Assembly (NCBI RefSeq): GCF_036588685.1
Contig: NC_086379.1
Location: 40,238,001-40,302,000 of the forward strand
From: Mytilus trossulus
Taxonomy: Eukaryota
Direction of reading: 5' to 3'
Length of the DNA stretch: 64,000 nucleotides
This document shows, one piece after another, positions 1 through 9,945 of this stretch (position 1 is its first letter; each line of letters begins with the position of its first letter). A program made the translations under genes and the position numbers. Below the pieces are notes generated by a model. That model worked only from the letters and a program-made list of their open reading frames with translations. It was not told the DNA's origin and did not search any database.

Positions 1-67
1 AGAATATGGCCAGAGAAAATTAAAAGTGTCAACATATAAATAGTACACATTGAATATGTTTATTTCA

Positions 68-130
68 CAAGACAAGACAAGACAAGACAAGACAAGACAA
101 GTTGAAGACAAGACAAGACAAGACAACAAG
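68..130 (+). repeat. (GACAA)n pentanucleotide microsatellite
   Basis: About 10 GACAA units with one interruption, read directly. Confidence 0.9.
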
Positions 131-1111
131 ATATACATGTATATATACATGAATCTAAAACACACTTTCATGTCTGTTGTCTAGTTATTAAAAAAAACCA
201 TACATATATCTTACTGAAATTATTTATTTCAAAATTTAATAAAGTATTCAAATATGTTGAAATTAACAATCACAAAAGTTGCATTTCAGCAACCATTCAT
301 TAAAAATTAACAATGCAAAACTCTTTAATCAGTACAATCTTTTCTTTCTCTTAAGCTGTATTTCACCAAAAAAATACTCTTCTTTGTCATACCTTGCTTG
401 TAAGCTCTAGTTTGTTTATTTTACATTCATGAAATAACAACAAAGTGTATGTTTGAGTATGAAACAAACTGAAAATACTGAACATGACCATCAATGATTT
501 TTCCACTTGTGATTATGTTAATTAATGCAATAATCATACAATGTTTATCAAAACATACACAAGTACTTAACATGCTGTTAAATTCACCACATGAAGAAAT
601 GAGTGCTGGTCAACGTCCAAATCATTTTAGGAGAACAAGGTCTACACAAATCAAAAATTGTGAAAAATCTCTCAAATAAAATAAGTATACAAAAGTCAAG
701 TTAATCCAACTTCCTTATTTAAGGGTACTATGTATAGCTAATAATGAAGTTGCACTTCAGCAACAAACAGTTTTATAACAAAATTAAAACTGTATGATCT
801 AAAAAATCAGTTGCATTTCAGCTACTTACATGACTAATAAAAAAAAATTGAAATCTCAATAAAAATGTTCAATCTTAATATCTAATAAGTTGTGTATTTC
901 ACAAAAAAAGACTTAAATGTCAGAACAAAACCAATATCTTATTTCCATTCATCATAAGCCTTATCATGCCTAAGTTGTAGGTTCTTATGCTAGTTTCTTT
1001 TATTGTCAGGTGAAAAAAACCCAGGAAATACGGAACATGATATTGATACAAAGGCAATCAATGATAAAATCCTGCTGCTGAGTTTACCTGGTTTGATGTA
1101 AATCAATGCAA

Positions 1112-3000
1112 TTATACAATGTCCATTACCCATACAGAAGTATTTAAAATGTTGTTGAATTCGCTATGGAAAATAGTAAAATTTTCATAATTTCTTGGTA
1201 TTCTGAGAACACGACCACATGTATGGGCTATTGGTCGACGCCCAAAACCATCAAGAACTACAAATTCAACAGTGATTGTATCCTTCCCATCCAAAATTAA
1301 ATCTGAACCAGTGCAAAATCTAAGAAATTTTTTCAACAATACTTTATCAAGTTCTCTAACATACCGCTGAAGGTGGTTCATAACTTCACGTTCCAAATTA
1401 GACAAATTATCTGAAAAATGCAGCATTTTGGTAACTTTGCGATTGCTGGGTTCCATTTTACTGTATATTTCTGTCAAATTCTCATAAGAAAGAGACTGTC
1501 CGAGTTGAGTTAATATCTTGGCCCAAACATCAGTTATAAAGTTGCACTCCTGAACCATTTCCTTATGTGAGATTTCTAGCAAAATACGTTTAATGCTTTC
1601 TTTTGTGACTGCAGACCTGCAGCTATGATTCTCTAAAGCTTCTATAAGTTCATCATTATCCACTGACTCGTAATCTTTTAAAGCAGTTGAAAATAATGTT
1701 TTGTCTTCCTCAGTGATAAAACAAAGAAAATTTTCCATTAAATCTGACTTAAACTTTCCATACATTGCATTTTCCATAACAATTATGGAAAGTCCAATGG
1801 GCAAGTAATTGGCTATCTGCCATCCTTAAATATAATTCTGCCAATGGACAGCCACTGCTCCTCTTGAAAATCGTGTCTTATTGTAGGGACTTTCTGTGAA
1901 TTTCCAATGCAACAATTGTCCATAAACTCATTCCAAAATTCAGTAAGGCAATCTCTAAAAATTCCTTCCCCTACCCCTTCTTCCGCTTTTCCAGTTGGCA
2001 ATATCATACTGACATCAAAAAATGTAGCATACATTATTGTTGGATCTGAAAATATTTTCATCATTTCTATCATTGAATTTCCTCTATGAACCCTAATTTT
2101 CACAGAATGGAATGGATCAAGAAATAATTGTTCATTATTTATTAATCCAGGACCATCGGCGATTATTCCAAGACTATTAGTGATTATTCCAGGATCATTG
2201 GCGATATCAATATCAGCCAATACAGGTCCAAACTGAATTTCATCATCACTGCATATGTTCAAACTGGTATGCTCATTATAAGAATTATGAGAACTGTTAT
2301 TTTCATGATTTTCTAACATCAACAGCTGTGAAACACTTTCTTGGTCTTCATTTTCTTTGGTCATTGTTGTTGAATTCTTTTCTTGTTCAGTGTTATCCCT
2401 TTCTTTAGGTACAGTTAGTAAATAAAACCTTAACAGCCTCATTTTACTTCGGTCATAAATATTCTCTACAGACAAATCTAAATTAGCTGACTGGCGTTTA
2501 AAGTCCATGATGTCAACCACAAATTTTTCAATCTTACCCCTGGGTGATATTCCTTCTGGAAAGTAAAGTGTTAAAGCTGTTTCTTTTATGGTACTCACTA
2601 GAGTATCTTTATCAACAACAAGATGTCTCGTCCCCCCTCCAGTTGGCCCGCGAACTTGTTTCATCCTATCTCCTTCTTTCATCAGCCAACCAAGTTCTAT
2701 ACGCCTTTCACTTTTTGCTGCATGATCATTTCCAATATTCTTGGAAGTAGAAGGATTGTCATCACTATCACTTGAGCTTTCATCTATCGGTATATCTTTT
2801 TTTGTTTTAAACAAGTTTCTTTTTGATGATGGATGGAGTCTTTTTCTTATCTTATGTAATAGTGTCTTCTTTTTTTTGGACTTTGAACCTGTACCACCCT
2901 GGTTCTTACAAAAATCTTTCACAGCTATCCTGTCCCCATAGATAGGGATGTACTTTGCCAGTTCATCATCAGACAAAAATAATATCACTTGGCAATCAAG
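1112..3000 (-). CDS. HECT-domain E3 ubiquitin ligase (G2E3-like), main coding exon, with a 1-nt frameshift at about 1826
   Basis: ORFs 1813-2988 and 1112-1804 join if one base is added: ...GRIIFK|GWQIANYLPIGLS. HECT motifs are GEGIFRDCLTEFW, KFLRFCTGSD and the catalytic RRPIAHTCGRVLRIP. The splice acceptor atattttcag at 3001-3010 is in frame (LDCQVILFLSDDELAKY). It could be a young pseudogene or an assembly indel. Confidence 0.85.
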
Positions 3001-3079
3001 CTGAAAATATCAAAGAGACAAATGTTGATATAAGAGCTTGTATCATTTTGTTTGTACAACAGATGTATGTCAATATACA

Positions 3080-3667
3080 ACAGAGCCTGAAATTGCTCAC
3101 CTTGCAATTTACACTTTCTATTTACAACAATATTAACTAGAGGCTCTTTTTAGTCACGTTGACTTATTTGTAGATCTTACTTTGCTGAGCATTGTTGCTG
3201 CTTACAGTTTATCTCTATCTATACTATATAGTATTCAAGGTGATAACAAAAAAATGCAAAATTTCTTTAAAATTACCAATTGGGGGCATCAACCCAACAA
3301 CCAGTTGTCCAATTCATCTGAAAATTACTAAGTGGATATGTATTGACTTGACAAACGATTTAACCCCTTGACAGATTTGTTCTATTAAAGTGCTTTGGTT
3401 TTTGAGTTATAAGCTAAAAACTGCATTTTCCCCTGATGTTCTATTTTTAGCCATGGTGGCCATCTTGTCGGTCGGCCGGGTCACCTGACACATTTTTTAA
3501 CTAGTTACCCTAATGATGATTGTGGCCAAGTTTGATTTAAATTGTCCCAGTAGTTTCAGAGGAGAAGATTTTTGTAAGAGTTAAAGACGACGGACGACGA
3601 CAGACAACGACGGACGCAAAGTGATGGGAAAAGCTCACTTGGCCCTTTGGCCCAGGTGAGCTAAAAA
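3080..3667 (-). mobile_element. Non-autonomous Helentron-type (HINE-like) element in the HECT intron
   Basis: The minus strand starts TTTTTAGCTCACCTGG...GTGAGCT (subterminal hairpin) followed by a (CGT/GTC)n microsatellite. The far end has GGTGAGC..TTCAGGCTC and GAGCCTCTAGTT. This is the architecture known for bivalve HINE elements. Confidence 0.65.
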
Positions 3668-3926
3668 TATGGTTAAAAATAGATTTGAGGAGAACAGCTT
3701 GACATAAGTATAATTTTTTATGTGTGCAGATTTTAATAATATATGTTGCCTTTTTAAAAAAAAAGCTGTTTGAAAACATTTTATTTCTAATTTCAGTCTA
3801 GCCTTTGTTAGTACGACTTTGACCATGACATTTGATTGATGGATGGTGGTTTTAAAAACATGGCATTCAGATGCATATTCATAGTCTTTTTCTTATAAAT
3901 TGTAATATATTCAAATTCATGCTTAC

Positions 3927-3992
3927 CTTATCTTCTTCTATCTTGTCTACAGGAATGTTTCTTTCTTTTAAAAATTCTATCAGGGAGACCAT
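3927..3992 (-). CDS. First coding exon of the HECT gene (MVSLIEFLKERNIPVDKIEEDK)
   Basis: 66-nt ATG-initiated exon ending in AAG|gtaagc, phase 0. It splices in frame to the acceptor at 3000 and completes a SAM-like N-terminus. The repaired protein is about 651 aa. Confidence 0.75.
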
Positions 3993-4246
3993 TTTTCTTT
4001 GAAATTTCTATCAAAGATACAATCAATAATTAATTCTTATCAAAATACATTCATTTTGCAATAAAAATGTTTTTTTTTAAACTGTGAGGGCTACAATACT
4101 GTTTTGCTACTAATTTTTGATACACAATAGTTTCTGTCTATTGCATCAACTCCTGAACATGCTGGATAGCTTTAAATTTGACAATATGTATACAGAGATG
4201 TTTATTTACTAAATAATGTTAATTTTAGTTTATGACATGTGCAAAA

Positions 4247-4710
4247 TAAAATTGAGAATGAAAAAAGGAAATCTGTCAAAGAGACAGCAACCTGATGCGA
4301 ACAGAGAGCAGAAAACAGATGAAGGCCACCAACAGATCATCATCACAGCAAGGCAATGCTTTGGCTGGCCCCTAAACAAAAACATGTACACATTTAGGGA
4401 CGAAATCAAAAGATCAATGTAAGATTAAAAACTTAATTCAAATAGTTTGGGGGTGGGGGTTGAACTGCTGCACAAATTTGGTTATCCGACATTGATTTTT
4501 ACATATATCCATATGGGTCAATCAATTTTTCTCAAATTAAGTTAATAGGGGGGTAGGGGGGTCAGTGAAAAAACTATTTGAATTGAGTTTTTTATCCTTC
4601 ATTGAACTTTTGATGTCGTCCCTTAGTGATAAACGACATCATACTATAAACATCAACATATATATGAACTAAAATTAAAAATCATAAAAGACTAATTATT
4701 AATAAAGGCC
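4247..4710 (+). repeat. Dispersed SINE/Helentron-like repeat (family A, 'AAAATTGAGAATGGAAATGGGGAATGTGTCAAAGAGAC'), degenerate copy split by a MITE
   Basis: Similar by eye to copies at 26958-27087 (+), 37497-38089 (-) and 7290-8040. Confidence 0.6.
4397..4622. mobile_element. 226-bp PIF/Harbinger (Tourist-like) MITE
   Basis: 23-bp TIRs GGGACGAAATCAAAAGATCAATG / GGGACGACATCAAAAGTTCAATG, flanked by TTA on both sides (4394-4396, 4623-4625). Confidence 0.8.
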
Positions 4711-5353
4711 ACATTTAATGATTCAGTATCAATTTTATATTGTTTTACTTTTTTAACCAGATACAGTAAGTGGTGTCATATATGCTACTTATTTATATAC
4801 AATGTTTTGCTAAGTAAGCATCCCCATGCTTGGATGATGGTCAAATTGAGGGGTGAAGCCGGACCATGCATACATTTTCTGCTCAGTTTAGATCAAATTT
4901 TGGTGGCCAAGGTGTTTTTGAGATTATACCAATTTGTACAAAAATATGGAGAATAATTCAAATATTGGTCAAAGTCAGTCTGCCTCCTAGTTTATGGACA
5001 TACACATGATGTGACATAAATCACCTTCTTCGTTCGGTTGTACGATCTTTGCCTTTGGGATCAGATTAAATTGCGTTCCAAAGATGGGTGGGGAAAGGAA
5101 CGATTATCGTCACGGTGGTAACTTCAATATTTTTTTGTAAGATGTCCCCGGGTGAATGTGCCATTTCTCCATTTAAAATATATCCATCTTTCTATATATA
5201 TATAATACATTAAAATTGTGTATCCATATTATTTATATTGAAATAAACAGAGATTGATCTGTACTTATATATATATAATATATGTAATTTTATTAACCAA
5301 CTAAGAGTATGTTGGATGTGTACGGATTGAGTGTTTAGTCTTAGAGGCATGAT

Positions 5354-5745
5354 TTTTTATTAATTGTTAGTGGCTTTGAACTAGCTGTCAGATAACTGCG
5401 AATACTCTCAGATCTGTTCATAATGTCTTTTTGTGTCGGGATGTATAAATACCCGGCCACGTCCACTTGTATTTTGTGTCTATCTGATGAGTTCAGCCTT
5501 TTTAAACTGATTTTTATAGTTCGTTCTTATGTTGTACTGTTATACCACTGTCCCAGGTTAGGGGGCGGGTTGGGATCCCGCTAACATGGTTTAACCCCGC
5601 CACATTATTTATGTATGTGCCTGTCCCAAGTCAGGAGCCTGAACAACACAAACATTAACAATTATAGCCTGGTCACCTTACGGCCTTCAACAATGAGCAA
5701 AGCCCATACCTCATATAGTCAGCTATAAAAGGCCACGATAAGATA
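5354..5745. repeat. Rearranged copy of SINE-like family B
   Basis: 5354-5641 is the reverse complement of the family B part seen at about 56895-57180. 5642-5745 matches 55904-55996 in forward orientation. Confidence 0.7.
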
Positions 5746-5964
5746 GCCATTTCAAAAAAGAAAGTACCCCACCCTTTCCCATTTCCGAAAACCACTATAT
5801 AGAATACCTTTTATTGTTTTGAATAAAAAAAGAAGCTTACCTTACATACATAAACCAATTTGTAAACCTCTTTCAATTTAGTCTTCTTGAACACATGGTA
5901 ATGTCAGCTTGAGCTTTATTCTTCAAACGTGTGGAGCAACATGCAGTTATCTGTTCCTACTTAT

Positions 5965-6296
5965 TTTGTGCGCACATTATATTATGTCGTGCGCACAGTA
6001 TATTATGTTGTGCGCACAATATATTTAAATTGAGCGCACAATATATTATGTTGTGCGCACAATATATTTAAGTTGTGCGCACAGTATATTATGTTGTGCG
6101 CACAATATATTTAAGTTGTGCGCACAATATATTATTTTGTGCGCACAATATATTATTTTGTGCGCACAATATATTATTTTGTGCGCACAATATATTTAAG
6201 TTGTGCGCACAATATATTTAAGTTGTGCGCACAATATATTATGTTGTGCGCACAATATATATTTTTTTCTTTGCAGGTCCCTAGCGGGGCTCCGTA
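5965..6296 (-). mobile_element. Terminal inverted repeat of an IS3EU-like DNA transposon (orphan end; partner presumably upstream of the window)
   Basis: About 14 tandem 20-22-bp units with core TTGTGCGCACAA, ending ...GTCCCTAGCGGGGCTCCGTA, the same terminus as the elements at 6368-13335. TAY..RTA termini with 6-bp TSDs are the described IS3EU signature. Confidence 0.75.
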
Positions 6297-6367
6297 CAAA
6301 CGCAAAGATATCATCAAAATGCTGATAAAATAATAATAAAAAAAACAACAACAAAAAACCAAAAACC

Positions 6368-9300
6368 TACGGAGCCCCGCTAGGGATATACAAAGAAAAA
6401 AAAAAATATTGTGCGCACAAAATAATATATTGTGCGCACAACTTAAATATATTGTGCGCACAAAATAATATATTGTGCGCACAACTTAAATATATTGTGC
6501 GCACAACATAATATACTGTGGGCACAACTTAAATATAGTGTGCGCACAACTTAAATATAGTGTGCGCACAACTTGAATATAGTGTGCGCATAACTTACAC
6601 ATATTGTGCGCATAACTTAAATATACTGTGCGCACTCAAATAATATGGTGTGCTCCCAAAATTCGGAAAACAGTTTTCACTTGACCATGACCTCATTTTA
6701 CATGTAAAGTGTTCGTGGTTTAGACAAAATCTCAGATACCAAATTCAATAGTTCTTCTATATTTGGTTGTATTGAACGATTTTAATGGCTAAATGTTCAC
6801 TTCACAGGTGTCATCTGACTTTGGCATACTCCATTTTTAGGGTTAAGTGGTCCAGCAAAGTGAAATGTTTGTGTTTTGGTGTATTTCTCGGATACTATAA
6901 GTATTTAGTTAGATATATATTTGGGGTATAGAATGTTTGTATGGTGAAATTGTCTATCTTGCAATTATATTAACCTGACCTTGATTTTATAGTCATGGTT
7001 CATTGGTCCATGTTATTTGATTCTTGTTTGGTATTTTTTTCAGATACTATAAAGAATAAATTAACAATATTTTTTTATGGAATGATTGTTATGTATATAT
7101 ATTTGGCTAGTCGGTATCATCTGACCTTGACTTTGCTTTCATGGTTTATTTGTTACTGTTAAATATCTCAGAATTGGTCTGTTTTTCAGATACGATGATA
7201 AAGGTATAGTTAAACTTTATTTAATGTACAAAATAATTATAAGGCTCTCAAATCATATAAGTGGTGTTTCTCAGATACATTTGGTTCTTCAATACAGCAA
7301 GAAAAAATCCCGCACCCAAATGCGTGCTTCAGCTGGCCTATAAACAAACATATGGACTAGTTCAGTGATAATGGACGTCATACAACTTAACAGTTGTTTT
7401 TCGTTTCTCGTTTTTTATATAAATTAGACCGTTGGTTTTCCCGTTTGAAAGGTTTTACACTAGTAATTTTGGAGACCCTTTATAGCTTTCTGTTCGGTGT
7501 GAGCCTAAGCTATGTGTTGAAGACCGTACCGTGACCTATAATGGTTTACTTTTATAAATTGTGACTTATAGATGGAGAGTTGTCTCATTTTCACTCATAC
7601 CACCTCTTCCTTTTTTATCCAAAGTATATACAAGAAACTAAAATTAAAAATCCTACAAGACCAACAAAGGCCAGAAGCTCCTGACCTTGGGCAGGCACAA
7701 AAATGCGGCGGAGTTAAACATGTTTTGTGAGATCTCAACCCTCCTTTTATACCTCTAGCCAAATTGAATGCAGATTAAAAAAAAACCACAAACACAGCAA
7801 TACTGACAGTAAAGAAGCCCGTGTCCGTTGTCAGAATAGGTATCAAATGAAACTTAACAAAATGACAATGATACATTAAAAAACAAGGATTACTAGCAGT
7901 TACTGATATGCCAGCTCCACACCTCAATTAAACTGATTGAAAGATTATGTTTTAATCATATGAATATCAAGCACAATCCTTCCCGTTAGGTGTTTAGTAT
8001 CATACCATCATAAAAATATGTGAGAAGAATATAACCCGTATTTGTATGAGCTATGGTGTATATGTATATACTGTAGTTGTCTCTTTCGATTGATCGCGAT
8101 CAATCGGGCCTAAAGGTTTTGAATAAATGATACTCCAAAACGGACCATATTTGGAAAAATGAATCATAATTGTTTCGATTGTTTTCAAAATATTTCACTG
8201 AGGAATTTCTTTGACTATTCCTAAATGGTATCGTAACATTTCAATTTCATAATGAGTACGAACAACATACCGTAAAATTTTATAATGAAATCGATCAAAA
8301 ATAGATACTATAAGTGACCTCTTGTCCTCTTCTATTAATCAGAATGAAACTATAACTTGACCTGAAACATTTGTATACAAGGCTTTATTTAATTTAAATC
8401 ATAATAGGCATACTGCTCTATGTCGGGAGCTTGTTATTCAGTGATTGTCGTTTATTTGTATGGTTCATATCTGTTTATCGTTTTGTTATAGTCATTTTGA
8501 GCCGTATAGTTTGCTGTTTGGTGTGAGCCAACGCTCCGTGATAGGGACCGTAATATAACCAATGATTGTTAACTTAAAGTCTTTTAATAAATTATGACTT
8601 GGTTGGAGAGCTGTCTCATTGGCACTCATATTGATTCTTCTGCTTTGTATGTACCCAGTTTTATCTTTATTTGATCACAACTTCATGGTGAATTTCTTAG
8701 ACTGAACACACCGTCATATTTCAATAACGAACAGTACATCTTTGGTGAGAACCGTACTTAACCATGATCAAACATAGTCACCTTTGATAAAAAAAAAAAA
8801 AAAAAACCAAAAACAACAAAACAACGTGTACGTGTATTCAGTTTTCAGTGGATTTGACTTACTCTACGCTTTTACAATGATACCTTTTAAGAAACCACAT
8901 ACTTCATTGAAGTTGGTGACACTAAAACTTCATCATAAACTTTAACCAAAACATTTACAATAAACAGAGACGGACGGATGAACGGACGTAAAGACTTCTA
9001 CATATAACGACCATCTCTATCGTCAAACAGGGTAACAAAATCAAAGTCGTGAATTGAGTTACATGTCAGTCTTGAGACTCAGAGTCAATCAACATAAACA
9101 AAATATTGAGATTTTTAGACATAAAGTATAATGCATCAGTGCAAAACGTACTTTTCTTATATATGTTACAAGAAAACAGGTAAAACCATAGTATCAAAGT
9201 CTACATAAGTTCGATAGTTTCCTCGCTCTTTTGTCAAGTCTGTTTCAAACCGTTCCAATAAACTCTGATATACAGTGGAGGCTTCCAATGCATAGGTTGG

Positions 9301-9779
9301 TAAACCAAGTGTCAGACGAAATAAACGTAACTTCTTTAGTATTCCTGTCAGGAGTTGATACAAATGCAGTGATGAATATTTCCATGTATTCTAGCCCCAT
9401 TTCAAAAGAAACCTTATGCATTTCTTCATTCTGTCACTTTAAAAAGGAGACATTGAAGACCCATACCATGTGTAAGGTCAAAGGATTTCATGCGCACGAT
9501 ATATTTAATTTGTGAGCACAATATATTTATTTTGTGCGCACGATATATTTAAGTTGTGCGCACAATATATTTAAGTTGTGCGCACAATATATTTAAGTTG
9601 TGCGCACAATATATTTAAGTTGTGCGCACAATATATTTAAATTGTGCGCACAATATATTATTTTGTGCGCACACTATATTATTGTGTGCGCACACTATAT
9701 TATTTTGTGCGCACAATTTATTTTAGTTGTGCGCACAATATATTTTCTTTTCTTTGCATGTCCCTAGCAGGGCTCCGTA
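6368..9779 (+). mobile_element. Non-autonomous IS3EU-like DNA transposon, copy 1 (3412 bp)
   Basis: Starts TACGGAGCCCCGCTAGGG and ends CCCTAGCAGGGCTCCGTA. About 300-bp TTGTGCGCACAA arrays at both ends, nested host repeats inside, and a decayed transposase-like piece at about 9183-9433 (-). Confidence 0.85.
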
Positions 9780-9945
9780 ATTTTCTATGAAGTGTTTTAT
9801 TGATTTTTTTTGCATATTAAAAATGCTTTTTCTATGACGCGTTTTATTAATTTTAATGCACATTAAAAATGCATTTTTTGTGAAGCGATTTATTGATTTT
9901 TTTGTCTATTCGTTTAGTTGAATTTGTGTTGTCTGTTTTGGTTTT

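Noticed and set aside
6118-6482. ORFs with MRTIYYFV/CAHN repeats (also 13192-13377)
   Set aside because: These are translations of the terminal repeat arrays.
5965-6660. CRISPR-like array (palindromic repeat with short spacers)
   Set aside because: Spacers are only 8-10 nt and near-identical, there are no cas genes, the context is eukaryotic, and the arrays abut transposon termini.
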